Notes: generated by a model not told the origin, from the letters alone. A DNA stretch of 64,000 bases from an uncultured Acidimicrobiaceae bacterium (GCA_963829235.1 CAWHIF010000007.1:67723-131722), one strand, 5' to 3'; shown: positions 18,434 to 27,800, numbered from the stretch's first letter. Numbers and translations are program-made.

Positions 18434-19857
18434 TGCCACTGGTCGTCGGCGTCGACTCCTCGACGACATCGTGCAAGGTCCAGGTGCGCGATGCCGACTC
18501 CGGCGCGCTCGTTGCCTCGGGACGGGCCCCTCATCCCCCGACCACACCACCCCGCAGCGAGCAGGACCCCCACGCCTGGGAGGTGGCGTTCTCCCGGGCC
18601 GGTGCCATGGCCGGCATGAATGACACCCGGCCTGCCGCCATATCGTTTGCCGCGCAACAGCACGGTGCCGTCATCCTCGACGTTCACGGGGACGTCGTGC
18701 GCCCGGCCAAGTTGTGGAACGACACCGAGGCGGCGACGGACGCCCAGGAGCTTCGGGATGAACTCCCGGGCGGGGCAGGCGCATGGGCGCAAGCGTGTGG
18801 AAGCGTTCCCCTGGCCAGCTTCACCATCAGCAAGCTTCGCTGGCTGCGGCGCTGCGAGCCCGAATCGTTCCGCCGCATGAGCTCTGTGCTCCTCCCCCAC
18901 GACTGGCTCACCTTTCGGCTGACCGGAGAAATGACGACCGACCGGGGAGATGCCTCGGGAACCGGCTACTGGTCCCCGGCGGAGGGTCGCTATCGACCCG
19001 ACCTGCTGAGCCTGGTGGACGACGGCGTCGACTGGGACTCCCTGCTCCCGGTGGTGCTCGGCCCCCGGGCCACAGCCGGGAAGTGGGGAGATACCGGATC
19101 GACCGTGGGGCCGGGGACGGGCGACAACATGGCCAGTGCCCTGGGCCTCGGCCTGCGTCCCGGCGACCTCTCCCTCAGCTTCGGGACGAGCGGGGTGGCC
19201 TGCACGGTCACGGGCGAACCACGTGCTGATCCTTCCGGGACGGTGGCCGGGTTCGCCGACGCCACCGGCCGGTTCCTCCCCCTCGTCTGCACCCTCAACG
19301 CCACCAAGGTGACCGACTCGGTGGCCCGGCTCCTCGGCGTCACCCCCGAGGAGTTCGATGCACTGGCGCTGTCAGCGCCTGCCGGTGCCGGCGGTTTGGT
19401 CCTCGTCCCTCATTTCGACGGGGAGCGGACGCCGGACCGACCGGCGGCAACCGGCACACTGGTCGGCATCAGGAACGACGTCTCCGCGGCCAACCTGGCC
19501 AGGGCCGCCGTGGAAGGGGTGGTCTGCAACCTCCTCGGGGGCGTCGACTCCCTGGTCACGGGCGATCGGACCAGCGGACAGCGGGTGTTCCTCGTCGGAG
19601 GTGGGGCCCGGAGCGCTGCGTACCGGCAGATCGTGGCAGACCTCCTGGGCTCTCCGGTGATCGTGCCGTCGGAGACCGACCTGGTCGCCGCGGGCGCAGC
19701 CGTCCAGGCGGCTGCGGTGCTTCACGGGTGCGACGTCGACACGCTGGCCGAGGCGTGGAACCTCGGGGCGGGCGATGTCGTCGAGCCCGACGACGCAGCT
19801 GATCGGGCGGCTGTCCGTGCGGCATTCACGGAGGCGACGAAGGCAGCGGCACGATGA
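18433..19857 (+). CDS. xylB: xylulokinase (FGGY family)
   Basis: GTG 18433 overlaps the xylA stop codon. Family motifs are VVGVDSSTTSCKV, AKLWNDT, GTGDNMASALGLG and FLVGGGARSAAYRQIVADLLG. Confidence 0.92.
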   Translation: MPLVVGVDSSTTSCKVQVRDADSGALVASGRAPHPPTTPPRSEQDPHAWEVAFSRAGAMAGMNDTRPAAISFAAQQHGAVILDVHGDVVRPAKLWNDTEAATDAQELRDELPGGAGAWAQACGSVPLASFTISKLRWLRRCEPESFRRMSSVLLPHDWLTFRLTGEMTTDRGDASGTGYWSPAEGRYRPDLLSLVDDGVDWDSLLPVVLGPRATAGKWGDTGSTVGPGTGDNMASALGLGLRPGDLSLSFGTSGVACTVTGEPRADPSGTVAGFADATGRFLPLVCTLNATKVTDSVARLLGVTPEEFDALALSAPAGAGGLVLVPHFDGERTPDRPAATGTLVGIRNDVSAANLARAAVEGVVCNLLGGVDSLVTGDRTSGQRVFLVGGGARSAAYRQIVADLLGSPVIVPSETDLVAAGAAVQAAAVLHGCDVDTLAEAWNLGAGDVVEPDDAADRAAVRAAFTEATKAAAR

Positions 19858-20890
19858 ATTCCGAGGCCGGCTCTCACTCGGTCCCGACCCCGACCCGGCC
19901 CGGGGCGCGAGCGACGGTCGGAAAGCCCGCTCAACGATGCGGGCCGGCAGCCGCGGAGGCGAACTCGAGCCCGGCCCCGGCCTTCCCGTGCAACAGGTCG
20001 ACTTCTGCCACTTCGAGCAGGTGGACCGCGATGTCGCCATCCCCTGATCGGCCACACGTGCAGAGAAACCATGGGGCACAGCTGCCATCATCGGCCGACA
20101 GCGGCGGAACTGGCATCGGCTCATGGTGATCCATAGGCGTGCTTCTTACCCCGAAGATCCTGCCTTCAACCGGAATTCCTTCGGCAGCCCGAGGAATTCC
20201 ATGCCGCCACCACCAGGATCCGGTCCCGAGGGCCGGAATCGATCCCCTCGACGGCGCCAGCCTCGTCCGCCCGGGGAGAGCCCGCCCGTGCGCCCGGGAG
20301 AGGACGCGCTGGTCCCTTGCTGTGGAAGGGACCGGCGCACAAGCCCGTATCAGGAAAGGAAAGCGGCATCCTTCTCTTCCGAACGGGCTGCCCAGCCATA
20401 CCCCGGAGCCACGGGTCCCAAACATCACATCTCACTCCGAGGATCGGGGACGACTCATCGGCGATCGGTGGACAAAGAGGTTTGCCGGGTCCTGACCCCG
20501 GGTATTGGCATTCCGTGCCCATGCACTCGTGTTCAAAGGCTGGTTCGGATTCCACTCCCGGCTCGGAGGTGTGTCCGGCTTGCCTCTGTGCCGGCAACCT
20601 CCCACGCTGCCGAGGGGACGGACGGACGCCAACCAGGCGTCGCCGCCACGCGTGGGCTTCTACTGTCCGGCCGATCGAGCCAGGTCCCGCCGCCTGGTTC
20701 CCGGCCTGGCCCGCACCTTCTGTCGCAACAGGGGTCGCAACAGGACCCCGAGCGGTCCCCACGTGAATTCGATGGGCTCACTCACCGCGAATTGGGAACT
20801 CATGGGTGGAGCGCACGGATACGTCGATTCGTCTCCGGCTGATGGCCAGCCGGGATGCAGCGAGCCAACGAGCGAACATCGGAGGAGACC
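19858..20890 (+). other. about 1 kb spacer without a convincing ORF, rich in nested hairpins (candidate structured RNA or decayed DNA)
   Basis: All six frames give only Arg/Pro/Gly-rich overlapping ORFs. Perfect stems include GGAATTCC 20172-79 with 20193-200. GTGCGCC 20288-94 pairs with GGCGCAC 20334-40 and encloses GGTCCCTT/AAGGGACC. AGCCCGT 20342-48 pairs with ACGGGCT 20383-89. GGAGGT 20565-70 pairs with ACCTCC 20597-602 and encloses CCGGC/GCCGG. Further pairs are GACGCC 20625-30 with GGCGTC 20636-41, and GGGGTC 20731-36 with GACCCC 20744-49. Confidence 0.4.
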
Positions 20891-21520
20891 ATGAGGGTGC
20901 GGTTGCAGGCGATCACAATTGGTTGTGTCCTATTCATTGCCCTCTTCTCCTCGATGGCGGCATCGACGTCTGTCGCCACTGCCGCGACCTCGAACAGCAG
21001 CGCTGATCTCTATCCGATCGATTACGTCGTCAAGGCGACGACCACCCTGGCGAAGCTGAATGAAACGGTCACCGTACCCCCGGGCACCTTCAAGGGATCT
21101 CTCAACCTGGACAACTTCGTCCTGCGCGGAGTGTTGAGCCTCCCACCCGCGTCGACCACGGTGAGCCTGGGGGGAATCGGTCTGGCCACGGCAACCTTCA
21201 GGCTGGCTGAGACAAAGCCCGTCACCGGAAAGGTGAACCTCTCGGCATTGAAGGTCACCGCGACGTCGACCTTCAATGTCCTGGTCACCTCGGTGAAGCC
21301 GCTCGGGCTTCCGGTGAACCTCGTGGGCAACGACTGCGGAACGGCGACGCCGGTGTCGGTGACCTTCAGCGGGAAGTTCTCGTTCAGCGGAGCCTCGAAG
21401 TTCTCCGGCACGTACACCATCCCACCCCTCCAGAATTGCGGGTTGGCGACGACGGTCCTCAACGAGGTGATCCCGGGGCCGGGCAACGTGTTCAGCGCTT
21501 CGTTCGCGCCGAAGAGCTGA
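20891..21520 (+). CDS. secreted hypothetical protein
   Basis: ATG 20891 follows GGAGGAG. The signal peptide reads MRVRLQAITIGCVLFIALFSSMAASTSVATA. The mature part is Thr/Ser/Val-rich and beta-strand-like, with two Cys (NDCG, QNCG). I recognise no family. Confidence 0.7.
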   Translation: MRVRLQAITIGCVLFIALFSSMAASTSVATAATSNSSADLYPIDYVVKATTTLAKLNETVTVPPGTFKGSLNLDNFVLRGVLSLPPASTTVSLGGIGLATATFRLAETKPVTGKVNLSALKVTATSTFNVLVTSVKPLGLPVNLVGNDCGTATPVSVTFSGKFSFSGASKFSGTYTIPPLQNCGLATTVLNEVIPGPGNVFSASFAPKS

Positions 21521-21937
21521 GGCATAGCCTCGGTTTCCTGATTCACCGGTTCCGCCAGCCGGCGACGGGGCGGTTCGAAGATCTCAAGGATCCTGGGCGG
21601 GTCCGGTCGGAGATCGAGGCAACCGGGAGTCGTCCTCACTGGTCCCGGCTGATTCCGACCAGTCGGCTCCGACGGCGCCCTCTGGTGTGGGAGCCGGGTA
21701 CGCACAGGTTGCAGCTTCTGGGCCTCCCGCACGGGGTCGGGAATCGGGACGGACCTGGGTGCCCCCGGGCGATCTGCGGCGCCGGCTGCACGCGCCCGAA
21801 CTGATGTGGGACCCGTTTTCGAGCGGCCCACGGCGCAGTATTCTCTGAAGTACGTTTGACGCCCGGGTGACCTGCAGTTTTGCTGAGATGGGTCCGCGAG
21901 GGACTGCGGGCCCGGTTCCGACCAGAAGAGAGGGCAC

Positions 21938-22279
21938 ATGGAACACACATTCACCGTTTCGGTTGAGAGTGGCGGGCAATATTCCGTGGTCTCGGTGGTC
22001 GGCGAGATAGATAGTGCGACCGCCCCCGAACTCCGCGACGGCCTGCACGAAGCCACTGCCTCGGGGCCGTCATTGCTGGTGGTGGACCTCCTCCAGGTCA
22101 CATTCATCGACTCAACGGCTCTGGGAGTGCTGATCGAGGCATCGAATCGGGCCGAAACCGAGGGGCAGATGATGCGAATCGTTGTCTCTGAGCCGAGGAT
22201 CCTCAAAGTCTTCGAGATCACCGGCCTCACCGAGATCTTCGCAATCCGAACCTCCCGCGAGGAAGCGCTCGCTGGATAA
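21938..22279 (+). CDS. STAS-domain anti-sigma-factor antagonist (RsbV/SpoIIAA-like)
   Basis: It contains VVSVVGEIDSATAPELRDGL, then LLVVDLLQVTFIDSTALGVL (the phosphorylatable Ser context), then KVFEITGLTEIF. Confidence 0.87.
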   Translation: MEHTFTVSVESGGQYSVVSVVGEIDSATAPELRDGLHEATASGPSLLVVDLLQVTFIDSTALGVLIEASNRAETEGQMMRIVVSEPRILKVFEITGLTEIFAIRTSREEALAG

Positions 22280-22313
22280 GCGAACCGGTTACAGGAGTGG
22301 ATGGGGTGACCCG

Positions 22314-22706
22314 ATGACAGACATTGTGGAACTGAGTTTCCCGGTCATGGCGGACCTGGTGGTGCTGGCCCGACTGGCGGCGTCGACGGTGGCCACCCGC
22401 GCCGGCTTCGACGTCGAGGAGATCGAGGACCTGAAACTGGCGGTCGACGAGCTGTGCGTCTCACTGGTCCACGAGCGAACCAACGGCACGCTGGCTCTCC
22501 GGTTCACCCAGGACGAGGACACGGTTGAGGTGTCGTGCACGTATCAGCCGATCCTTGGTGGCACGGTCGAAGAACAATCGGTTCCCCTGACAGAAGGCCT
22601 GTCCGAGCGGATCCTCGATGCGCTCGTGGACGAACACGGCAACGACCACCGAGACGGTCTGCCCCGGGCCTGGTTGCGCAAGCGGCGGGCCCGCCAACGA
22701 GCCTGA
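22314..22706 (+). CDS. RsbW-like anti-sigma factor with degenerate GHKL kinase motifs
   Basis: Its position (between STAS and sigma, TGATG overlap with the sigma gene) and size (130 aa) fit RsbW/SpoIIAB. The N-box region reads AVDELCVSLVHE, with no Asn. No DxGxG G1 box is visible (VEVSCTYQPILGG). Confidence 0.7.
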   Translation: MTDIVELSFPVMADLVVLARLAASTVATRAGFDVEEIEDLKLAVDELCVSLVHERTNGTLALRFTQDEDTVEVSCTYQPILGGTVEEQSVPLTEGLSERILDALVDEHGNDHRDGLPRAWLRKRRARQRA

Positions 22707-23443
22707 TGAGCCCACCGGAGCGACCCCCAAGGTCGACTCGGGAAGAGTTCGTCGAATTCGCCCTCACGCGCGACGAGCGGCTCCGCAACGAGCTGGTGGA
22801 GTCCCATCTGGGATTGGCACATCAGTTGGCCCGCCGATTCGTCAGTCGGGGAGAGACCTATGACGATCTCGTGCAAGTGGCCTCCCTGGCCCTCGTCAAG
22901 TCAGTCGATCGCTTCGATCCTGACCGCGGCGTCGAGTTCAGCAGCTTCGCCACCCGCACGGTTGTCGGCGAGCTCAAACGTCACTTTCGGGACCGCGGCT
23001 GGGCCATCCGGGCACCTCGTCGTATCCAGGAGCTCTACCTCCAAATCGGACCGGCCATCGAGTCCCTCTCCCACGACCTGGGCAGACCGCCCACCATCAC
23101 CGAAATGGCGGAGTCGATCGGCGTCACCGAGGAGGCCGTCCTCGAGGCCCTCGAGGCTGGAAAGAGCTACCACCTCTCTTCGATAGATGCGCAAGATCGC
23201 AAAGAGGGCACCATCCTCGACCGCCTGGGCGACGTCGACGCCGGCTTCGACGGGGCCGAGGACCGACTGGCACTGGCGATATCTCTTGCCGACCTTTCGG
23301 AGCGACAGCGAACAATTCTCGGCCTCCGGTTCGTGGACGGTCTCACCCAATCGGAGATCGCAGAGCGCGTCGGGGTGAGCCAGATGCATGTGTCGCGACT
23401 ACTGGCCGACAGTCTGGCCGCGCTGAGAAGAGCGTTCGAATGA
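22706..23443 (+). CDS. SigB/SigF-family (group 3) RNA polymerase sigma factor
   Basis: Region 2 reads YDDLVQVASLALVKSVDRFDPDRGVEFSSFATRTVVGELKRHFRD. Region 3 reads PTITEMAESIGVTEEAV. Region 4 reads LSERQRTILGLRFVDGLTQSEIAERVGVSQMHVSRLL. Confidence 0.9.
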   Translation: MSPPERPPRSTREEFVEFALTRDERLRNELVESHLGLAHQLARRFVSRGETYDDLVQVASLALVKSVDRFDPDRGVEFSSFATRTVVGELKRHFRDRGWAIRAPRRIQELYLQIGPAIESLSHDLGRPPTITEMAESIGVTEEAVLEALEAGKSYHLSSIDAQDRKEGTILDRLGDVDAGFDGAEDRLALAISLADLSERQRTILGLRFVDGLTQSEIAERVGVSQMHVSRLLADSLAALRRAFE

Positions 23444-23588
23444 GAGCCCGGTCGCTCAACAGGGGCGTGAGCTACTATGTCAATCGTGCCGGAAAGTATC
23501 CACCGCTCCTGGTGAGCGAAGGAAAGGGCGGTTCGGCGGAGTTGGCTCCCAAGAGATCCCTCGACGACAAGACCATCCTGGGGCAGCA

Positions 23589-23912
23589 ATGACGGAACTA
23601 GATGACAGCGTGACCGCCTCGGTCAATGGCACCCTCGATCCCACTGGAGGGCTCACGCTCTTCCTCGCCGGGGAGCTCGACATCGTCAGTGTCGATGGTG
23701 TGAAGGAGGTCATCACCAAGCTCTTCGCCAGCAATCCACGGCGGGTGGTGTTCGACCTGGAGCGCCTGACCTTCATGGACAGTTCGGGGATCGCCCTGAT
23801 GCTACAGATGTCGAGGCGGGTGGATTCTGTCGAGGTCGTCAATGCCACGCCGATCGTGCGCAGGGTGATCGAAGCGACGGGGCTCGATCAGATACTCGGG
23901 CTCCAGTCATGA
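23589..23912 (+). CDS. STAS-domain anti-sigma-factor antagonist (second copy)
   Basis: It contains LFLAGELDIVSVDGVKEV, RVVFDLERLTFMDSSGIALML and RRVIEATGLDQIL. It shares an ATGA overlap with the next gene. Confidence 0.85.
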   Translation: MTELDDSVTASVNGTLDPTGGLTLFLAGELDIVSVDGVKEVITKLFASNPRRVVFDLERLTFMDSSGIALMLQMSRRVDSVEVVNATPIVRRVIEATGLDQILGLQS

Positions 23913-24508
23913 CCCTTCGGCGATCGTTCAGTATGGATCCGATGTCGGTAGCCGCCAGTCGGCGATTCGTCGGGGATACCCTGACCGACCTCCCAACCGA
24001 CATACAGGAAGCAGCTGTCTTGATGGTGTCCGAACTGGCCACCAATGCCATCGTGCATGCGACCACCGGATTTGAAGTCACCATCGAGCGGACGAAGTCG
24101 AAACTGCGGGTTGAGGTGGCCGACCTCGGCGGGGGCGAGCCGGAACTGCAGATGCCGTCGGTCAGTGAGCCCCACGGCAGAGGACTCCAGATCGTCAGGG
24201 AGCTGTCCGACGAGTGGGGCATCATCGATAGCGACGATGACAGGGGCAAGACCGTGTGGTACGAGGTCCGCGTGGGTCCGGCAAGGTTGCTCGACAGCGA
24301 CGATCCCACCACTCCGGAAGCGACCCGCCGGAAGGCGCATCAGGGGTCCGGGCAGGCGTCGAGAACCAGCCCGAGGACCCTGCGTCAGGAATCTGATCCG
24401 TCCGGCTGCGCGGGTGCGGATACAGCCCCCGACGGGCACCCCGGCCAGACGACGGAGGACCACGAGCACCCGTGTCCCTGCAGGTGGATGCAAACCTCGG
24501 TGGCCTGA
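23909..24508 (+). CDS. anti-sigma regulatory Ser/Thr kinase (HATPase_c_2-type) with a disordered C-terminal tail
   Basis: GHKL motifs are intact: N-box SELATNAIVHA, G1 VADLGGGEP and G2-like HGRGLQIVRELSDEWG. About 65 C-terminal residues are low-complexity. Confidence 0.82.
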   Translation: MTLRRSFSMDPMSVAASRRFVGDTLTDLPTDIQEAAVLMVSELATNAIVHATTGFEVTIERTKSKLRVEVADLGGGEPELQMPSVSEPHGRGLQIVRELSDEWGIIDSDDDRGKTVWYEVRVGPARLLDSDDPTTPEATRRKAHQGSGQASRTSPRTLRQESDPSGCAGADTAPDGHPGQTTEDHEHPCPCRWMQTSVA

Positions 24509-24551
24509 ACCCCCGCGGCCCTCTTGTGGATCGGGCCTGCGCAAAAAGGAT

Positions 24552-24576
24552 GTTTCGTCCGGCAGAGCCGGGGTAG
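24552..24576 (+). promoter_or_regulatory. candidate SigB/SigF-type promoter facing the giant surface-protein gene
   Basis: GTTTCG (24552-57), a 13-nt spacer, then GGGTAG (24571-76) fits the GTTT-N12-16-GGGTA pattern of SigB/SigF-class promoters. It lies about 265 nt upstream of ATG 24839. Confidence 0.4.
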
Positions 24577-24838
24577 AGAGGGCGTACGCGAATCCGCTGA
24601 CAGGCTCCGACACCTCGAGCCGGATTCGATGCCACTGAGCACCTGCCCCTCGGCTCAGCGGCAACCCTCTCTCTCTTCGCAGAGTAGAGGGCCGCGCATA
24701 CGCCCGACGGAGGAGGCTCCGGGACTGCCGGCGGTGGGACGGAGCCCGCTGGGGCTGGGCGGAATCGACTGTGGCGCCTGCCGTAAACTAGGGTATTGAG
24801 CGGGCGGTGCGGGGGTACGGCAGGACGGGGAGGCAGGA

Positions 24839-27800
24839 ATGAGTGCGTTGGCGGGAACAAACCATCCCAGACGACGCCTGGCGTCGAGCTTGTGCGCCGT
24901 CGGACTGCTGTTGACCGGCGTCCTCTCCCTTTCGGCGGTGGTGCTGCCCGCCCAAGAGGCCGGGGCGGCGACGGATACGGTGACGAACTGCTCTGGGGAT
25001 CCCGGCACGGCAGGTTCCTTGCCCAACGAGATCGCGGGTGCAGGCGCGGGGGACACCATCGTGTTCTCGCTGTCCTGTTCGACGATCACCCTCACGTCGA
25101 CGATCGTGATCTCGCAGGACCTGACAATCAACGGGCCTGGACAAACCAGCCTGGCCGTCGATGGCGGTGGAACCACGGAGCCTTTCCAAGTCTCGAGCGG
25201 CACCGTGTCCATCTCTGGTCTGACCATCCAGAATGGAAGCGGAACAGATGGTGGTGGCATCGAGAACAGCGGCAACCTCACGGTGAGCAACAGCTCCCTC
25301 GCCAGCAACTCGGCAACAGGTGGCGGCGGTGCCATCGACAACAGCGGCGGCGGAACCCTGACTGTGACCAGCTCAACGCTGTCGGGGAACTCGGCGGGAA
25401 CCGGTGGTGGCGCCATCGACAACAGCGGCAGCGGAACCCTTACTGTGACCAGCTCAACGCTGTCGGGGAACTCAGCCGGGACGGACGGGGGTGCCATCGA
25501 CAACCTGGGCACGGTCACAGTAGAAGAGAGCACCTTGTCGGGGAATACGGCCGGGAACTACGGCGGTGGCATCGAGAGCAACGACGCCACCATGACTGTC
25601 GACAGCTCCACTGTGTCGGGAAACAGCGCCATCAGTGACGGCGGCGGCGTCGACATCGAGGACGACGACGCCCACGGAATGTCAACGATCGACAACAGCA
25701 CCGTGACGAGCAACGGCGCGCCCTTCGGCGGTGGGATCCAGGACGATCAAGGTCCGCTCACGATCGGGGCCACCATCGTGGCCGAGAGCACGCCGGACAC
25801 CGACTGTGCCGTGAATGCCAGTGTTACCGACCAGGGCTACAACATCGACGACGACGGGACGTGCGCATTCACCGGCCCCGGCAACAATTCGGGCACGCTT
25901 GACGGTACCCTCGGATCGTTGGCCAACAACGGGGGGCCGACCCAGACCGTCGCCCTCGAGCCTGGGAGCCCCGCCAGCGGCCTCGTGACCGCCGCGCTGT
26001 GCCCGGCCACCGACCAGCGCGGTGTGACGATCATCACCACTCCATGTGATGCCGGCGCCTACGACACCAACGGAGCCTCCATCTCCTCCGTCACCGTCAC
26101 CGGGAGCCTGGCCGCCCCGACGGTGACCATCTCGGGAACCGGATTCGGCAGCGAGTCCGAGCTCGGTTCAGCGACGCCACCGCCCGGCTGCCCAACGACC
26201 GGCTCGGACTATGACAATTTCTACTACTTCTCCTTCTCCGATGTAACCGCGGGGTGGCAGGCCGGACAAGGTGGGAACTGCACCGGGGTGTCCATCTCGG
26301 GATACTCGGGCACCGGGATCACCTTCACGTTCGGCAGCGGCTACGGCAACGACTACAACTCCAACGAATTCGGTTCCCTCGGCTACGGTGACAGCTTTCA
26401 GATGAGCGTGCTGGGCGACACCTACAACGGCTCGATCGCCCCATTCTCACCGACGCCGACCATCACCTCGGTCACCATCACAGGTACCCTGGCCACCCCG
26501 ACGGTGACCGTGTCGGGGTCCGGGTTCGGCATGCAGTCCGACCTTCTGCCACCGGTGCCTGCAGGCTGCTCGAATACCGGCTCGGACTATGACAACAACT
26601 TCTACCTCACCGATGGCTGGGGGGCTGGAGAGGGGATCGTAGGACCCGAGGACTGCACAGGGGTGTTCGTCTCGTCGTACACAAGCAACCAGATCACCTT
26701 CACCTTCGGGAACGGCTACGGGAGCGGCAACGGCGAATACGGCGGTCTGTCCCCGGGCGACAGTTTCCAGATGCACGTGCTCGGCGCCACCTACGATGGC
26801 ACCGTCCCGGTCCTGCCGCCGAGCATCGACGGGGTCACCTTCGGCGGCAATCCCACCAATCCGACGGTGACCGTGTCGGGGTCCGGTTTCGGCGCCCTGG
26901 CCGACCTCGGGACGGCGGCCCCCAGCGGTAACGGCGGCTCCGACTACGGCAACAACTTCTACTTCTCCGATAACTCGAGCGGTGCCTTCGGAGCATGGCA
27001 GGCCGGACAGGCAGGCGACACGATCGGGCTGGTCATCTCGGTGTACTCGGACGACCAGATCACCTTCACCTTCGACGGCGATTACTCCGTGTTCGGCCCG
27101 GTGTCGGACGGCGACAGCTTCTCGGTGAGGCTGTTCGGGGTCACCTACAACGGCACGGCCTCGCTCGGTACCGGCTACACCTGTGCCGGCTTCGGGTCGA
27201 CCAGCTTCCCGGTGGTGGTGTCCGAATCGCCGGCCCCGCCGGCCAGCATCGACGACGGCGGGACCTTCCAGACGGCCCCGGCTGCCCAGCTGACCATCCC
27301 GGCGACGGTCATCAACGACTTCATCGGCGACGGGGCCACCTCGCTCACCATCGCCTCCCAGACCACCGCCATCGACGGCCTCAACGCGGTCGGGGGGTCG
27401 CCGAGCGGAGCAGTCGATCCCAGCACCGAGTCGGGCTCGGCCTCCAACCTGCCCCTCAGCCACACCCTGGCGGCCGACACCCCGTTCACCTACGACACCA
27501 GCTACAACCCGGTCACCTTCCAGACCGGTCCGGGGACCGGTCAGGTCTTCCTCACCCCCGGGGCCATCTCGGCCGAGGTCACCTTGGTCATCGGCGGGAC
27601 CCCGACCCCCGAGTCCATCTCCTGTACGCCCCCCTCCGGGGTGGCCGCTCTCGGGACGACCACGGTCAACGCGCCCGCGGCCGCCCCCACCTTCCAGGTG
27701 CCCCCGTCCACCCCGCCCCTCCAGAACCAGGTCAGCGCGGGCACCGACGGCGGATGGGGGGCCACCATCGCCAATACGTCCAGGGCCTCGGTCACCGGGC

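Noticed and set aside
16961-18550. Very long track ORFs such as 16961..18550(-), 26447..28771(-), 56890..58200(-), 60589..62280(+), 21022..22230(-), 5799..6935(-), 1015..1641(-) and 11683..12645(-)
   Set aside because: Each lies antisense to, or out of frame with, a gene that has clear family motifs. Their translations are Arg/Gly/Pro-rich low-complexity strings, which is typical of stop-codon-poor high-GC DNA.
19931-20131. 66-codon minus-strand ORF (MDHHEPMPVPPLSADDGSCAPWFLCTCGRSGDGDIAVHLLEVAEVDLLHGKAGAGLEFASAAAGPHR) just after xylB
   Set aside because: Its composition is only moderately coding-like. It has no RBS and no family I recognise. It may be real, but I cannot support it.
20340-20400. 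SRP/RNase P-like strings (CAGGAAAGGAAAGCGGC) in the non-coding kilobase
   Set aside because: It lacks the SRP domain IV core (GUCAGGUCCGGAAGGAAGCAGC) and the RNase P P4 motif (GAGGAAAGUCCGG). The resemblance is superficial.
20800-20850. tRNA/tmRNA-like T-arm (GGATACGTCGATTCGTCTCC; GGTTCGGATTCC at about 20541)
   Set aside because: The stems contain mismatches. There is no acceptor stem, no CCA context and no tag ORF. I found no tRNA cloverleaf anywhere in the window.
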